Part shown: positions 53,171-64,000 of the stretch, one piece after another
Layout: each line of letters begins with the position of its first letter
Numbering within the stretch: the stretch's first letter is position 1
Assembly: GCF_009914755.1 (NCBI RefSeq)
Contig: NC_060933.1
DNA: 64,000 nucleotides
Strand: one strand, 5' to 3'
Origin: the human T2T-CHM13v2.0 reference genome, Homo sapiens
The notes under the pieces: generated by a model
Database searches by the model: none
Told to the model about the DNA's origin: nothing
What the model saw: the letters and a program-made list of their open reading frames with translations, nothing else
Program-made: the position numbers and the translations under genes

Positions 53171-54774
53171 GTTTACATTACTCAGAAGAATACATTGTGA
53201 AAAATAAGCTCAAGGATGGAACATGAGAGACATCACATTCAAGAAGCAGGCAGGAAGAATGGTTAGCAATGGAGACCAAGGAGGCACATTCAGAGACCTT
53301 AGAAGAGGGTGTGGAAAAACGGTATCATGGAAGCCAGGGAAAGACAGGGTTACAAGATGAAAGGCTTAACACCTGAAAATTCCAGAGTCAGATGAGCTCG
53401 GATCTGACTACTGAGGAATTGACGGCTTCAATGTTTATAAGAGTGCGTAGACCCAAGGAAGTGGGTGGAGACCTAACAAGGAAGTGATGGAAGACTTTTT
53501 TTTTGGAGAAGTTTGGCCTTGAAGAGGTAATGGCCGTGGCTGAGGGAGAGAGTGGGTGGATAGAAAGCAAGGTCTGAAATGTAGAATTGGTTTTTCTCTT
53601 CACAGGAAAAAATGTTGATCATGTTTATAAATTGAAAAGATTAAAAATATATGAAAGGGAAGACTGATGTTAATAATTGGACAGCATCTTGATTATGACT
53701 GAGTAAACAATGTGAGGATGGACTGCCTTTGAGCAGAAGGGTTTTTCCCTCCAAGCCTTCTCAGGTTAGAAGACAAGAACGTGAGCGTGATTGCATGCAA
53801 ATATAGGTAATATCTTGATGTGGTTGGTTGTTTTAGAGCATGACAATGGAGAGACTTTCTGGCTGATAATCAAATTTTCTTTGTGAATGAAAGGCAAAAT
53901 CTTCTGAGGGGTGGTGAAGATTTGGTAGAGCCATAGGAGAAATGGAAGAGGATGCTGAAAGTTCTGCAAAGCTGCTCCCGTGGCTGTAAATCATGAGACC
54001 AACCTCACTTGGTGGGTGAATTCTTGTGGCAACACTCTATAGCCCAGGGACAGGAACGGGAAAAGTCATGGTTGTTTTGATCCAGTTTGAAAGTTGGAGT
54101 GTTATGGGTTGAAGCATGTGGAGAGTGCTGATGAACACGATCAGAACCAAAGAGAACAGATTGAAGCTTTGAGGGGGAAACTTGAAAGGGAGTGGAGGGA
54201 CTGGCAGGATAAGTGAGATGAAAGTGGACACAGTTTAGAGTTTAGAATTTAGAAGGGAATTAGTTCTCAGTACTGGTACCACCTAGTGTGGAGTGGGTAA
54301 AGAGACCAGTGAGGGAAACTGAATATAATAGGGTTTCAAGTTACAATCCTGTCAGAATCAGTTTAGAAGTCGTCTTCCAGACTCCAGTAGCCAAGAGACT
54401 TCACATCCGAGGCAGGAAAATCTCTGAAAGTATGAGTTCCAGTTTTCTTGTTTCTTATCACCTGCCTTTGAGTGAGTCATGTCACTCAAAGGCAGGTGAT
54501 GAGGACTTGGAGACACTTGGAGTTCAATGGGCCTGACCCACTGAGTTGCAGATAAAAATTCACTTCTTTATTTAATTCTTAACCAATTAAATAGGCAGTG
54601 AGTATGTAGGGTACTCAAAAATGTATTTCAACAGTCATCAGAGCTGCTATAAAGACCACTGAAATATGTCTTAATTATCACAGTTTGTCTAAGAAGAGAA
54701 GGCTAATACATTTGAAATACGTACAAGAGACTACGTAATTACAGGTAATTGCCAAATTATAAATATTGACTATG

Positions 54775-55099
<325 letters not shown>

Positions 55100-55994
55100 C
55101 TATGCAAGTTATAGGAGGTTATAGGAGTTCATGTGACTAAGTAAATCAAGGGGAGGAGTGTAATCAAGGCATCTGTCCCCCTGATAGGTAGACTTTGAAT
55201 GGGTAGAGGAAATAAGAATGGGCAGGCATCTAAGACAGGCCAAATGCCCCAAGGCATAAATGAACATGGTATGTTTGTGTGGAAGAAAAGGGATGGGCCA
55301 AATAGATCTGAGGTGCTGAGTTGAAGTGTGTCAAATGATGCTTCTGTAAGGTGTGATAAGGTCAGATTATAGAAGGCTGTGCTAACCTAATGGAGAGAAA
55401 AGCTCACAGATAATAAAATGAGGGAGTCACTAGGTCTAAGCAGAGATAAAGAAATACAAACTTTCACAGATTATAAGCAATAGAAGATATTCTTTAAAAA
55501 ATTAAATGCATACAAATGAAAATATCTGCATAAGAAGACTAGAGCTATATAAGGAACACAACGAAGTTGGGAAATATTGTGAATAATACTACCATCATGA
55601 AGACAACTCTCTATATTAAGTAAGTTATTTCAAAAAATAGGAGGAAATTCAAGAGCAGTAAAAAACAAAAGGAAAAAACTCTATTGTCAAGATCACATAT
55701 GAGATAATGTAAATAGTTTAAAAAGTGGGAAAAATTTTATCTATCTAATAACCATAGACATGCAAGTTACAGTAGTTCAAAGCACCATTTTATGTCTAAT
55801 TACTAATAAAATCTCTCTGAAAAGATAAGCCTTTCCTGGCAGTCCTGTGGAGAACGGGATGCATCATGTGCTACTTGTGACCTTGTAACCTAATGGGTGC
55901 ATTCAGAAAGTAACATACAGATGCTATATAATTTATAAAAATTTCATCTTCCTTTAACTAATATCTCACTACCAGGAATTTATCCTAAGACAAG

Positions 55995-56502
55995 TTTTTT
56001 TTCTTTTTTTTGAGACAGAGTCTCGCTCTGTCACCCAGGCTGGAGTGCAGTGGCGCAATCTCCACTCACCGCAACCTCTGCCTCCTGGGTTCACACGATT
56101 CTCCAGCCTCAGCCGCCTGAGTAGCTGTGATTACAGGTGCTCGCCACCACACCCGGCTAATTTTTTGTGTTTTTAGTAGAGACGGGGTTTCACTGTGTTA
56201 GCCAGAATGTTCTCGATAAATCTCCTGACCTTGTGACCTCCGCCTCCCAAAGTGCTGGGATTACAGGTGTGAGCCACAGCGCCCGGGCGTTTTCGCTTGT
56301 TCAAGTGATTCTCCTGCCTCAGCCTCCTGAGTAGCTGGGATTACAGGCACCCACCACCACGTCTGGCTAATTTTTTGTATTTTTAGTAGAGACGGGGTTT
56401 CACCGTGTTAGCCAGGATGGTCTCGATCACCCGACCTCATGATCTGCCGGCCTCGGCCTCCCAAAGTGCTGGGATTACAGGCGTGAGCCCCCTTGCCTGG
56501 CC
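55995..56502 (-). mobile_element. Tandem composite Alu (full copy 55995-56288 plus tail-less copy 56298-56502)
   Basis: Two same-orientation Alus joined by a short spacer gttttcgcttg. Confidence 0.85.
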
Positions 56503-57056
56503 CATAGTATGTTTTATAAGTGTTCTGAAATCAAGTAATAAGAGTTTTTTTTAACGAAGGTGAGATAAGTTTCTGGCAAATGTAGAACTTGAGAATTAAT
56601 GAAGTGTATACTTCTCATTTTCTACTCTAACCTTTTGAAATTAATACAATTTTAACATGAAATATTTCCATGAAATTACAAGAGAACTTTGATGTTTGTT
56701 TCTGCATTCTGGGCTCCCAGAAACATGGTGTAGCGTGGTCTGACCTGCATATCTTTGGAAATTTATAATAGGTTTCATTGTCTGATCTTAACCAAAACCC
56801 AATCCTTAATAAAATAGCCCAGTATATATATGGTTTTTTTCCTCTACTAAATGAATTACAATTCTCTGCTAGCTACCAGCACAGGGAAAATTAAAGAGAA
56901 AACCTTTCTTTCCTTACAGTGCATGAATTCTACCAGTGTGGAAGAGTGAGAAGAACCCAAGCTTCAGAGTTTTACAGCCACAGGATCAGATTTTAGTCTA
57001 TTCCACTACCCAAAACTAGGCAAGTTTTCTGGGGTCATCTAGCCTCTATGACCTCA

Positions 57057-57510
<454 letters not shown>

Positions 57511-57524
57511 GAAATGTAATAGTC

Positions 57525-57702
57525 TGGTAGGGTGATTCCCAAACTGCTGCACATTAGAATGAAGTGGGAAGCTTTTAGAAACACAGCGTCCACATTGCAC
57601 GCAACATCCATGAAGTCAAAATATTAGGCATGGGAACCAGGCATCAACAGTTTTTAAAGATCCAAGATGATTCCATTGTGCAGCAAAATTTGGAAACCAG
57701 TG
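57525..57702. mobile_element. MER5A
   Basis: ctgcacattagaat...tgattccattgtgcagcaaaatttggaaaccagtg. Confidence 0.65.
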
Positions 57703-58747
57703 CCTAGCACAAAGCAGGTACTCAGCAAAAGTCAACTTTCTTTATCTTTCAATGTGTGGTGTATTTGCCAGCTTTCGGGTAGCACTTCCTTATCTTCAAT
57801 ACTTAAAACTCTGCAGCAGAGTGGCACTGCATAGGTAAATGCTACACTGACATCTTGCTGCATGCCGCACTTTACTGCAGTGGAAAATAATGAGGAGTTA
57901 GCCAATACCCATTATTAAAGTGTCACACAAGTGTTTCATCCCATCCAGTCACATTTTCCAGGGGCTTCCAATTCACACTTTCGTAAATACGGCCGTTTCC
58001 TCTTCCTGTGACTTAGATGAGATGGAAACAGACATGCTCTCAAGTATCATATTAGCTTTTTTTCAGAACTTCTTTAGTTTTCTGGTGAGGCATCTGTGCC
58101 TCCTAGAAATGCACTTTAGACCCTGCTATACAGAAAAGTAAATTTTCTTACAACTGGTCTGAAGCATATGTATTATTCTTTTAGATCTGATGTATCAAAT
58201 GCCCACGGCCCTAGGTATGCCTGTGTTTCTTTAATCTATAATGATCATTTTATACAATGTTCTGGCACCTTGCCCAGCACACTCCTTTACCTATAGCAGG
58301 TTTAGCAGGCTGGGTAATTGCCCCTTTTAAAATTGTCTGCACTCAACACTGCCCTGTCTGGTAAATGCAATTAGAAGCAAATCCTTGGGTGTATCACCCC
58401 AGACTTTTTATTAAGCTCATATGGCATTCTCATTGCCACTATTTCTCACCAGGTTACTCATTAACCATGGGCAGCCAAAGGTCTGGATCATATCAGACGG
58501 TGACTTTCCGACCCATGAGACTCCCTTGTTCACCTTAAATATAAACCACATAGAGAAGAAACTGGGGATTTGCATGCCTGAAAGCTGACGGTGGCCATAA
58601 CAAAAGCAATAAACAGAAATCCTAGAGATAGTGATGACAGAAGAAATGTCAAGGAGTTAGAGGGAGCACTTTGTGTTGGCACTGAAAGCAGCCAGAAGAA
58701 GACTCAGAGTGAGACAGAAGTTGACTCATGCAACAAACCTTCACCAC

Positions 58748-59798
58748 TGACAGTCAAACAAAATGACTGAGGAGCGTCTCAATCATGTTAGAGGTTTATT
58801 TTGACAAGGTTAAGAACGCACCCGGGAAAAAGGAACACAAAACCACAAGAACAATCTGTGATCCATGCTTTTTCCGAAGAGGGCCTGCGAATTTTAGTAT
58901 TTAATGGGAAAGAGCAGGCAGTAGGAGAAAGAGGAAGAAAAGAAAAAAGGGGGAGGGCAGATAAAAGGGGCAGGCAGTTGCATTCTGTTGAGTCTTTGAT
59001 CAGTGTGCACTGAATCCACATTTCACATGTCAAAGGAAGGGGTAGAGAAATAGTCAATTATGCATTCATCTCACACTCAGTGAATCTGCATTTTTACATA
59101 AGATAAAATAAACATAAAGTAGAGGAAGTAATCAGATATGCATTTGTGAACCCAGAAAATCTGAGACAGGTCTCAGTTAATTTAGAAAGTTTATTTTGCC
59201 AAGGTTGAGGACGCATCCATGACACAGCCTCAGGAGGTCCTGTAGCATGTGCCCAAGGCAGTTGGGGCACAGCTTGATTTTTACATTTAGGGAGACATGA
59301 GACATCAATCAATAGATATAAGAAGTACATTGGTTGGGTCTGGAAAGGCAGAACAACTGGAAGCAAAGGCAGGAAGACTCAAAGCTGGGAGGGAGCTTCC
59401 AGGTCACAGATAGGTGAGACACAAACAGTTACATTCTTTTCAGTTTCTGATTAGCCTTTCCAAAGGAAGTAATCAGATATGACTCCTTTGGTGCCAGGCG
59501 GCGGGTGGGGGGCGCTTTTAGTTCTATCCTTTGTCCTTTGTTCCGGGATCTGTGAAGATAGCTGTTCTCTTGCATTTTCTGGGTGAAATTCAACAGAACT
59601 GTTTTAGGGTAAAGATCTTGGGACCCACAAAGAATTTCGTTTTGAGCAAATTGTGAGAGAGGCATGTATCCTTTTAGATCTGTAGCTGTCTTATTTAGGA
59701 ACAAAATGGGAGGCTGGTTGGCATGACCCAGTTCTCAGCTTGACTGTTCCCTTCAGCTTAGTGAGTTTGGGGTCCAGAGATTTTATGTTCCTTTTACA
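58748..59798 (-). mobile_element. MER4-group ERV1 LTR composite (older piece 58748-59144 plus MER4A-like 59145-59798)
   Basis: Reverse complement begins tgtaaaaggaacataaaatctctggaccccaaactcactaagc; two agtttattttg(a/c)caaggtt 3' ends. Confidence 0.75.
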
Positions 59799-60669
59799 GC
59801 ACCCAGGAGGAACTGAGCATAAGCCTATTTCTCACAGCTTTGAGGAGCACTAACTGAAGTGCTCAGTTAGCAGCATTTGAATTAATTATTTCACAGCTCA
59901 TCCTTAACCAAATTATTTTTTAAATGATTCTAAAACTGGAGTTTTACCTTAAGCTTAGTATTTTGAGGTAATCTTAGCAGCAGGTGGACCTTAGCTCACT
60001 AAGAACATGAGAGCTCTTAGTCACCTCACTCATCAGTGGCTTGGCTCCTCTTTCGGAAGGCATAAAGAACCTCATCCATCAGTGCCCACATACTCCTGTA
60101 AGTGCAGGCCCCTGTTCTTTGCTTCTGGGAAGCATCCATCTGGTCCTGTATTGCTGTCGTTCCTTTTCTGTCTGTTTTCCTATGCAAACCAATCTATCAT
60201 TCTATTTTGTTGCCCCATTTCCAAGTCACTTGACCAGATGGATAACCACATAAAAATGGCTAAATAATTTAAGCTTAAAAATTAGGAGCAGGAAATAATG
60301 TAAACTGGAATAGTAAGAAAATGCTGAAGGTGAGACTTGTGGAGGGCTGGCATTGTGGACGTCTTTAAGATATAAGACTTTATTATAACAGTCAAAGCAA
60401 AGGGGACACGTAATTAATACAAGACTTTTTATCAAAGAGGAAAAGCTGTCATTTTCTCAGGAATCTAATACTATTCTAAGACTTAGGTTTAAAATGTATC
60501 AGGAGTGCCTTCTAAGTGACTGTGGAAAGGGGGAAATAGTAACTATATATTTTGAATGAGTGATTCTAGATCGTGGCTTCTATTTTATGCCTACTCTTCT
60601 CCCCTTGTCTCTTGTAAACTCACTTACAACCAGATCATAATAATAAAACTAGAATGCAGAGTGGCCATA

Positions 60670-60890
60670 CAGTACAGTGACTAAGCACGCCAGCTCTGAA
60701 GCCAGACCTTTTGGTTGGGATCTCAATACTGTTAATTTCCTCATTTGAAAGACCAGGGTAATATAATCCTTCAAGAGAGGGTTGTTATTAGGGTGGACCT
60801 GATAAATAGGGTGGACCATATAATTTGTCATACAGATGGATGCTTTAGAAAGTGCGATAATGTTTACTTGTCAAATTATTATCATGCTAT
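60670..60890 (+). mobile_element. MIR fragment
   Basis: gctctgaagccagac...tttcctcatttgaaa...gttgttattagg. Confidence 0.55.
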
Positions 60891-61769
60891 TTTGACTATA
60901 TTTTCTTATATGCTTTACTTGGAATATTTAAATTAGCCCATATGTAACTAGAGTCTAAAATCCATAGTTCAGGGAAATTGTGGTTGTATTTTGTCCCTTT
61001 AAAAAACACAGGGGCATTGGTGCCTAAATCATTGACCCCTGCAAAATGCAACAGGTTGCGTGGAAGTGAAACATAATGCCTCCAACCTGCTAGTTATTTA
61101 CACATGTTGACCTAAGGAACACACAAGCCAGATATTCTTTAGGTTGTCTCTTTTTATTGTTAGACAACTGAATGGCAAAGTACTTGGTCTGCATTAGATT
61201 TATTTACTGTTAAAAGATTTTCAAGAAACTACAATTTAATAACATGTCCTTGATTTTTTTTCACGAGTTGAAATAATAAATATACAGTATCTATTCATCT
61301 ATCCTGGAAAGTCCCTGATAAAAGCACTGCGTTTTCTTAATCAGTTTCCTTTTCTGCAGAATAAATTTCTGTTATGCTTCTTAATCAGCAAAATGACAAA
61401 CAAATTAAGAAATAACCTCAAACTTCACAAAACAGAACAAAGTCTTCCCTGAAGGTCTTGGAGAACCACATGAGATCAGATCACAACCCAAGGTCTGCCC
61501 TGAGAAATGGGGAAAGCCAGGGACCTGCCACACCTCCCTTCCTCTTGTCTAATCGGAGAAGAGAAACTAAACTTAATTTTCATGATCTTACTATGTTAGC
61601 CTTATACGTAATCATCTTCTCTTTTGTCTAAATGGTTCCCTATTTTCACCTTATACTTAACTATCATATATAGGGCATATGAATACATTTATCTCAGATC
61701 CCATTCAGAAGTTGTAAAGGAATACATTATTAATAAATCAAATATTTCTACATTACATGGAAGAAAGTG

Positions 61770-62010
61770 TGGAACAGTTAAGAGGATGGGTACTGGTCCC
61801 AAAGAGTCCAGAGTTTAAACCCTTACTCTATATTATCTACATGATCTGCGCATGTCGCTTATTTTTAATGAGTTTTAGTTTCCTCATTTGCACACAGCGT
61901 GACACTTGTCCCAAAGGATTGAACTGAGGATTTAGTAAGATAACAGGTGTAGAGGGTGTCTTCACAGTGCTGGGCTCGTGTCAGGCCCTCGATAAATATT
62001 AATTCAATTC
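61770..62010 (+). mobile_element. MIR fragment
   Basis: agtttcctcatttg...gaggatttagtaagataa...cacagtgctggg. Confidence 0.6.
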
Positions 62011-63414
62011 CCCTTCTCCTGCCCTACTACCATCCTTCGGCTCAGAGCAGCCAAAAGCTGGAAAAATAGGCTCCACCCAGAAACTGTAACAAGATAACGA
62101 TAAAGCACAGTTGGACGGATCAGGGGTAATCTACTGAGTTATCCCTGTTTTAAACCACTGTGTTTGCTTCTGTGCGTAGGAGAATCACCCCATGCTGAAG
62201 GGCAAGTGGAACATTTGCACAGTTGCCCTTGGGAACATGAAGAACAACCGTTCCCTTAGCCAAGCCTAGGGCAGTGTGGAGATGAGGGGCACATGGGACG
62301 CAGGTCCCTCTGCTACAAGCTTGACTGCCATCGGAAGCTGGGAGACACCAAAGGGTGGCCCCAGGGGCTCTCTGTCATCTTATGGTGACTCAAAAAATGC
62401 ACATTCCTGCATTGATAACAATGGGTATTTTTATTACATGAAAATCTATGTACTTACTATTTGTATTCTTCCCAACATTCAACTGACTTTTCTACCTGAT
62501 GCAAAATGCAGGAGGGCTGTTCACTTCTTCCTCTCTTCCTCTTCTCCTCCTATTCTTCCTCTTTCTTCTCCTTCCTTCCTCCTTCCCCTCCTACTGATGT
62601 TTTTATTTCTATCAACAAAAATGAGAAAAATCACTTTCAGTTACAAAGTAAGTCTGAAACTATATCAAAATAATTTAGATCTTTAGTAGATTGAGAAAAA
62701 ACACACAAACTTTTTCAACTTGCAGGAATAAAAATGTCAAGATTATTAACTCTTCTTTATTTTTAGTGAACTATAAAACGGTTTATTGATAATTTCTGTT
62801 GAGCAAGATGACTTCAGAGTTTATATCATCTAGGCCTTAAGATTTACTAGAATTTTAATGTATCATTCTAAAGATGTGCTCACAGAATACCCCTCGGTGT
62901 TGCTTGACCGATAAAGGTACACGCTACAAACACATGGAGAAAAACGTGCAGAGCTATTCGTGCAAGAAATTAGTGGCCATTTAAATTCCTCACTTACCAA
63001 CAAAATAATAGATTCCTTCATCCTAAAGAGTGCAAGTGTATTTTAGTTCCATGCCATAAATATTTAAAACTATCTCATCTTACTGAAAATTTATATAACA
63101 CATGACCTTTGCAAAATTGCAACCTTTATTCTTCAAGCAAAACTTGGTTTCTGCTGGTCACCACAATGTGCTTCTTTTGGACACCATGTATAACTGAGAT
63201 TGAATTGTAACTGTTAGCAGTGGAGAAAGCCTGCGGCAAATCAACTCAATTGAATTTTGTGTTCACAGATGCTTTGAGTTTTACGGAGTCTTATATTCCA
63301 TTTTCAAGTGCATCATTCAGGACACAGGCCCATTTTCCATATCCCAGATCACCCAACCAGTCCAGGGCTATTTCAGAAACTTTCCTGAGCATATAATATA
63401 GACCAACGCTAGGT

Positions 63415-64000
63415 TGTAAACTAAGTATAAAATTCTAAGCCCCCCAACCAACTGAACAGAAACTTCTTGGCCAAGAGGACCCCAGAGAAAACTGAAAAGC
63501 TGTTTCTGGCCCTGAAAGAAAGGGAGGTCAGACACACCTTATCATACCTCCTCTGTTTTGGAGTTTGGACTCAACAAGTAACCAGCAGTGGTGTTAAAAT
63601 AGAGATCCTAAGACTGACAGAACAGACCCCGTGTGGCCATAAGATAACAAATTATGAACAAACCCTAAGGCCATGCAAGGCAGGTGTAAGTCAGGCCTGC
63701 AGGCCATCAGGCTTGCTAACCAGGGCATTTTATTGTGGCTGACTCTGACAGAGCATTCTTACCTTCCTTTCTGTCAACTCTAAGCTGTAGACAGGGCCTT
63801 ACTCCTTTAACCAATCACAAACCAGAGAATCCCCAAGTCCACCTACAACCTATAAGACCTCTCCTGAAGATAATCCCCCTTTCTGAACCGAACCAGTGTA
63901 TACCTTCCATGTGTTGATGTCTTTGCCCGTAACTCCTGCCTCCCTGAAATGTATAAAACCAAACCAACCCGGCCACCTCGGAACCACTTACTCAAGCCTT
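63415..64000 (+). mobile_element. MER4-group ERV1 LTR, runs off the window end
   Basis: tgtaaactaagtataaaattctaagccccccaacc start; aaatgtataaaacc TATA region. Confidence 0.75.

Noticed and set aside
62998-63022. 25-bp minus-strand micro-exon candidate DEGIYYFV with a GTAAGT donor (Ig or cupredoxin-like motif)
   Set aside because: Too short, with no supporting in-frame domain context.

Overview
Primate intergenic DNA, almost certainly human (an AluYb8-type element sits at 47406-47703). More than half of it is interspersed repeat: about 30 Alus, several L1s, ERV1/ERVL/MaLR LTRs, MER DNA transposons, L2 and MIR. There is no intact protein-coding gene, and most ORFs in the supplied track are Alu, L1 or LTR read-throughs. 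Removing the transposons by hand at their target-site duplications (TSDs) exposes what look like three dead genes, all on the minus strand. (1) A clear vomeronasal type-2 receptor (V2R) exon at 914-1177. (2) A candidate 4-exon C-type-lectin-domain pseudogene at 1183-7329. (3) A candidate 4-exon, ~330-codon, 7-transmembrane class-A-GPCR-like pseudogene at 27108-40548, in which three exons are split by an LTR40, a ~5.8 kb L1 and an Alu. Candidates 2 and 3 are manual reconstructions and need homology searches to confirm. Other oddities are a local inverted duplication (2348-2610 vs 5066-5367) and a perfect 45-bp hairpin inside a MER50 LTR. Repeat subfamily names come from recalled consensus features, not from a RepeatMasker run.
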